DNA from: a virus
Reading direction: 5' to 3' (one strand)
IMG/VR virus record: IMGVR_UViG_3300031688_000007
Coordinates: 7,215 to 71,214 of that record
DNA length: 64,000 nucleotides
Shown here: positions 61,205 through 64,000 of the stretch, in pieces
Numbering within the stretch: position 1 is the first letter of the stretch
Layout: every line of letters begins with the position of its first letter
The notes under the pieces: generated by a model
Told to the model about the DNA's origin: nothing
The model's database searches: none
What the model saw: only the letters and a program-made list of their open reading frames with translations
Program-made: the position numbers and the translations under genes

Positions 61205-61224
61205 GGGTGCTCCGCACCCTTTTT
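61205..61224 (+). promoter_or_regulatory. N4-type hairpin GGGTGC-TCC-GCACCC + T-run (vRNAP promoter-like and/or terminator)
   Basis: Same GTGCTCCGCAC core as 3787. Confidence 0.6.
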
Positions 61225-61337
61225 AGAACTCTATTAGTACATATTTTAAACTCTAATATATTTATTAGTAATTATGTATTTTAAATACTAAGTCCCCTTA
61301 ATTGGGGTATTTTTTTAATTAAACCTGAGGTGAACCT

Positions 61338-61913
61338 ATGGCTAGTATTTATCCAGGGAAGTGCTGTCATAAGAAAGCCGCTGACATGACTCTTGAGGAA
61401 CGTGAGCAGAATGCTATATATGGTAAGGCTGCTAAAGCTAACTACAGTCTATCCAGGCCAATTGTTCCAGTTAATATGTATCCAGGTAAAGTCTGTAGTA
61501 AAAAGACCACTGATATGTCTGCGTACGAGCATGAACAGCATTTAATCTATAATAGGGCTAAGAAAGCTAACTACCGTAAAAATATCAATCAGCATGAAGC
61601 TTTTAAAATTAGGAATAGGGCGCTTAGTGCCAAAATGAGGGCACTTAATCCTGAGAAGGTCAGAGCTGCAAATACTAAGTCAAGGACTGCTATGGTAAAT
61701 GACCCTATTAGATACGCTGCGTATTTATTGAGAGCTAAGGCAAGAAATGACTACGGTAGAGAAAGCATGGATGATATCTATATTAAGTCATTAATACGTA
61801 AAAGGGGAGATATCCCTGTAGAGCTGATACCGGATGAAATGATCACAGTATGGAGAGCGACACTCGCAGTTAAGCGAGTAGTTAGAGAATTAAATAACGA
61901 GGAATTATCATGA
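61338..61913 (+). CDS. basic protein with duplicated N-terminal repeat
   Basis: YPGK.C.KK..DM...E.EQ..IY..A.KANY occurs twice; GAGGTG RBS. Confidence 0.75.
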   Translation: MASIYPGKCCHKKAADMTLEEREQNAIYGKAAKANYSLSRPIVPVNMYPGKVCSKKTTDMSAYEHEQHLIYNRAKKANYRKNINQHEAFKIRNRALSAKMRALNPEKVRAANTKSRTAMVNDPIRYAAYLLRAKARNDYGRESMDDIYIKSLIRKRGDIPVELIPDEMITVWRATLAVKRVVRELNNEELS

Positions 61914-62446
61914 AAAACATTAACGTAGGTCAGTTAGTAAAAGGTATTAAGGTACTAAGCCGTACATCTGCAGGTCAGAAGTACATGTTCGCTAAGATAC
62001 TGCATAAGGCTAGTACCATTGATTGGGAAAACACTATGTATGATACCTTTGATGGGATGATCAAAGCTGAGATCCCTAATCTTAATGCAGAGGTACACAA
62101 CCTCATCTATGGTTATACGTGCATGCAGAAGTTTGTATGGACTATGAAAGACCAGAAGTACTGCTTAGAACACCTTGGGTGGACTAAGTTCGTAGCTGCT
62201 GCCAATAAAGAGACAGTTAAAATGGGGCATGTTGCCTTCGTTAAGAAGTACAAGAAGATTCCTATGAGCACACTTGTTGATAAGAAGGTAGCTGCTACCA
62301 AGGGTGAGAGAACTTACTTCTTTAGCCTGCCTGATCAGTCAGCTAATAAACTTGACGGAATACTGGGACAACATGGTATGACTATTACTAATGGTCGTAA
62401 ACATGGTGTGCATGATTCTGTCATTGCTCTACTAAACAGTTTATAA
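61910..62446 (+). CDS. hypothetical protein
   Basis: 178-aa ORF, GAGGA RBS, ATGA overlap. Confidence 0.75.
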   Translation: MKNINVGQLVKGIKVLSRTSAGQKYMFAKILHKASTIDWENTMYDTFDGMIKAEIPNLNAEVHNLIYGYTCMQKFVWTMKDQKYCLEHLGWTKFVAAANKETVKMGHVAFVKKYKKIPMSTLVDKKVAATKGERTYFFSLPDQSANKLDGILGQHGMTITNGRKHGVHDSVIALLNSL

Positions 62447-62457
62447 GGTGAATATAT

Positions 62458-62799
62458 ATGTTAACTCGACTAACTAAGACCATGATCCTATTTCCAGCTA
62501 TCGCACTGGCTGTAAGCTGGTTTCATGTAGCTAATGGCGGATCCATAAACACTGATTTAACTCTTATATTCATGTGTGCATTCTTTACTATCGTTAACAT
62601 ACTGATAGCGCTGATCTACTCATTAATTAAAAGGATGAGTGAAGTCATGATGTCTGTGATACGGGTGCATCAGGAAATGATGGCAGATGGTCAGTATGTC
62701 CATACCTTAGGTACTAAGGAAGACTTACAGGAGTTTCTCACCAGTTTGGAAGAGGATATTCTGAAGACTATGAAGGAAAATGAGGAGGAGAAGCCGTGA
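62458..62799 (+). CDS. membrane protein (2 TM)
   Basis: Two hydrophobic segments, acidic tail. Confidence 0.7.
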   Translation: MLTRLTKTMILFPAIALAVSWFHVANGGSINTDLTLIFMCAFFTIVNILIALIYSLIKRMSEVMMSVIRVHQEMMADGQYVHTLGTKEDLQEFLTSLEEDILKTMKENEEEKP

Positions 62800-63173
62800 A
62801 GCAACCCATTAAAGCTCAGGTAGTTAAACCAAAGCAGGATATACCTGCTGGAGAGGACATACGTCCTAAGGACTGGGTAAAGCTAGGGCTATCTCCGAGT
62901 ACGAAGGTGGAGAATTGGCCTATGACTATTAAACATGTACCGGAGAAGCAAATGATTAAACTGTATTACAAAACAGCAGTGCAGCCTATGTACCCATGGG
63001 AGCCTGGTGAGTTAATGGACTTAGTTAGTGTCTCAGCTGCAGACACCGCAAATGGTAGTCCTAAAGAGGGCGACATGATTGCCTATAACCCGGAGAACCG
63101 TACGGATGTGTGGTTGATAGCAGCTGAATTTTTTAAACTAAACTATGAACTTATTGGAGAATCACATGAGTAA
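62796..63173 (+). CDS. conserved phage hypothetical protein
   Basis: GSPK.GDMIA.NP.N..D.WL.A..FF..NY motif. Confidence 0.7.
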   Translation: MKQPIKAQVVKPKQDIPAGEDIRPKDWVKLGLSPSTKVENWPMTIKHVPEKQMIKLYYKTAVQPMYPWEPGELMDLVSVSAADTANGSPKEGDMIAYNPENRTDVWLIAAEFFKLNYELIGESHE

Positions 63174-63486
63174 TGAAAGAAAACAGTGGTCAGTAAAGGA
63201 CAACGACTTTGTATGGGACAAGTACCTAGAAGGTATGTCTAATGAAAGTATTGCAGAACATATAGGGCGTACTCCTATTGCTGTAGGTGTTCGGATTAGT
63301 AAACTTAAGATCCGTTATGGCTTTACAAAGTCTACCACAAGCATAGCTGGGCCCGGTAATAAGGCTAAGTCAGTTACTGTTGAGTCAGACAAGCATCCTA
63401 CCCTTAGGGGCATGTTCTTAGTCAGCTTAGCAGGTGCTGCTATTGGTGTAATAGGGGCAAAGTTATTTTTTGACTTTGTTATTTAG
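63166..63486 (+). CDS. HTH protein with C-terminal TM
   Basis: W...D......Y..G.S...IA..IGRT..AV..R..KL; hydrophobic C-terminus; start ATG 63166. Confidence 0.65.
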   Translation: MSNERKQWSVKDNDFVWDKYLEGMSNESIAEHIGRTPIAVGVRISKLKIRYGFTKSTTSIAGPGNKAKSVTVESDKHPTLRGMFLVSLAGAAIGVIGAKLFFDFVI

Positions 63487-63497
63487 GAGTACTGGTT

Positions 63498-63794
63498 ATG
63501 AGTCTTGTATTTAAACCAACCATCCCTGAGAAGTTTAAGCCGGTTAAGTCTAAGTTCACTCCTAAGGGGGAGGGTAAGAAGATCGGTAGACCTTCTATTC
63601 CTTTCACTGAGCTACAACTACTGCAGTTTATTGAACTGAGAGCCATGGGTGTATCACACATACGTTGTGGTGAACTACTAGGTAACTCACACTCTTTCTG
63701 TAACAAGATGGCAGGCAGGGAAGATGTCGCTCTTAGAATTGCTACAAGACGTAGCGAGTTAGTCCAGATGACTATGGAAATGGAGGAGGAGTAA
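63498..63794 (+). CDS. putative HTH DNA-binding protein
   Basis: GRP..PFT..Q...F.ELR..G.S...CG.LLG.S. Confidence 0.6.
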   Translation: MSLVFKPTIPEKFKPVKSKFTPKGEGKKIGRPSIPFTELQLLQFIELRAMGVSHIRCGELLGNSHSFCNKMAGREDVALRIATRRSELVQMTMEMEEE

Positions 63795-64000
63795 TGAGCA
63801 TTGTATTCGTACCTAAGATTGCATATAGCTTTGATGCCTTGAAGCCTAATAAACATGAACAGTATGTTGAACATGTCTTGGAAGACAAGGTAGTTATTGA
63901 GCCAGCAGTGATAACTGTTAAGCCATTATCTGAAGCAGCTTTACGCGAATACAACTCATGGTCTGTTAAGGAACTAACCATAATGGTTAACCTTAGAGCC
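63794..64000 (+). CDS. hypothetical protein, truncated by window edge
   Basis: GGAGG RBS, TAATG overlap, open to end (MSIVFVPKIA...). Confidence 0.6.
   Translation, partial: MSIVFVPKIAYSFDALKPNKHEQYVEHVLEDKVVIEPAVITVKPLSEAALREYNSWSVKELTIMVNLRA

Noticed and set aside
1-64000. tRNA genes, integrase, stop-codon reassignment, diversity-generating retroelement
   Set aside because: No cloverleaf, recombinase or reverse transcriptase recognised by eye; standard code gives dense full-length genes

Overview
The window is most of the genome of an N4-like podovirus (Schitoviridae). The marine-phage-style tail fibre modules suggest a marine Gram-negative host, which is inference. It appears circularly permuted across the probable genome end near 57 kb. 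1-9.7 kb (+) is the replication module: split family-A DNA polymerase, Cas4-like nuclease, primase, AAA ATPase, SSB and RusA-like resolvase. 9.7-56.9 kb (-) is the late block: 3151-aa virion RNA polymerase, ejected and structural proteins, major capsid, portal, lysis genes, a ~17 kb multi-fibre adsorption region and terminase. 57.2-64 kb (+) holds early and middle genes, including the two-subunit RNAP II. The strongest candidate for an undescribed system is a tightly coupled six-gene operon (32.9-36.1 kb) of exported or membrane-anchored proteins. It includes a fimbrial-subunit-like and a pilus-chaperone-like gene but no usher, suggesting a phage-encoded envelope or appendage system. Other points of note are a DNA polymerase split in-frame by a non-nuclease ORF, a siphovirus-like tail-tip cassette in a podovirus, N4-type GC-GGA-GC hairpins at internal positions and a HExxH protein between the terminase genes. 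All family assignments come from motif recognition and N4 synteny; no database search was run.
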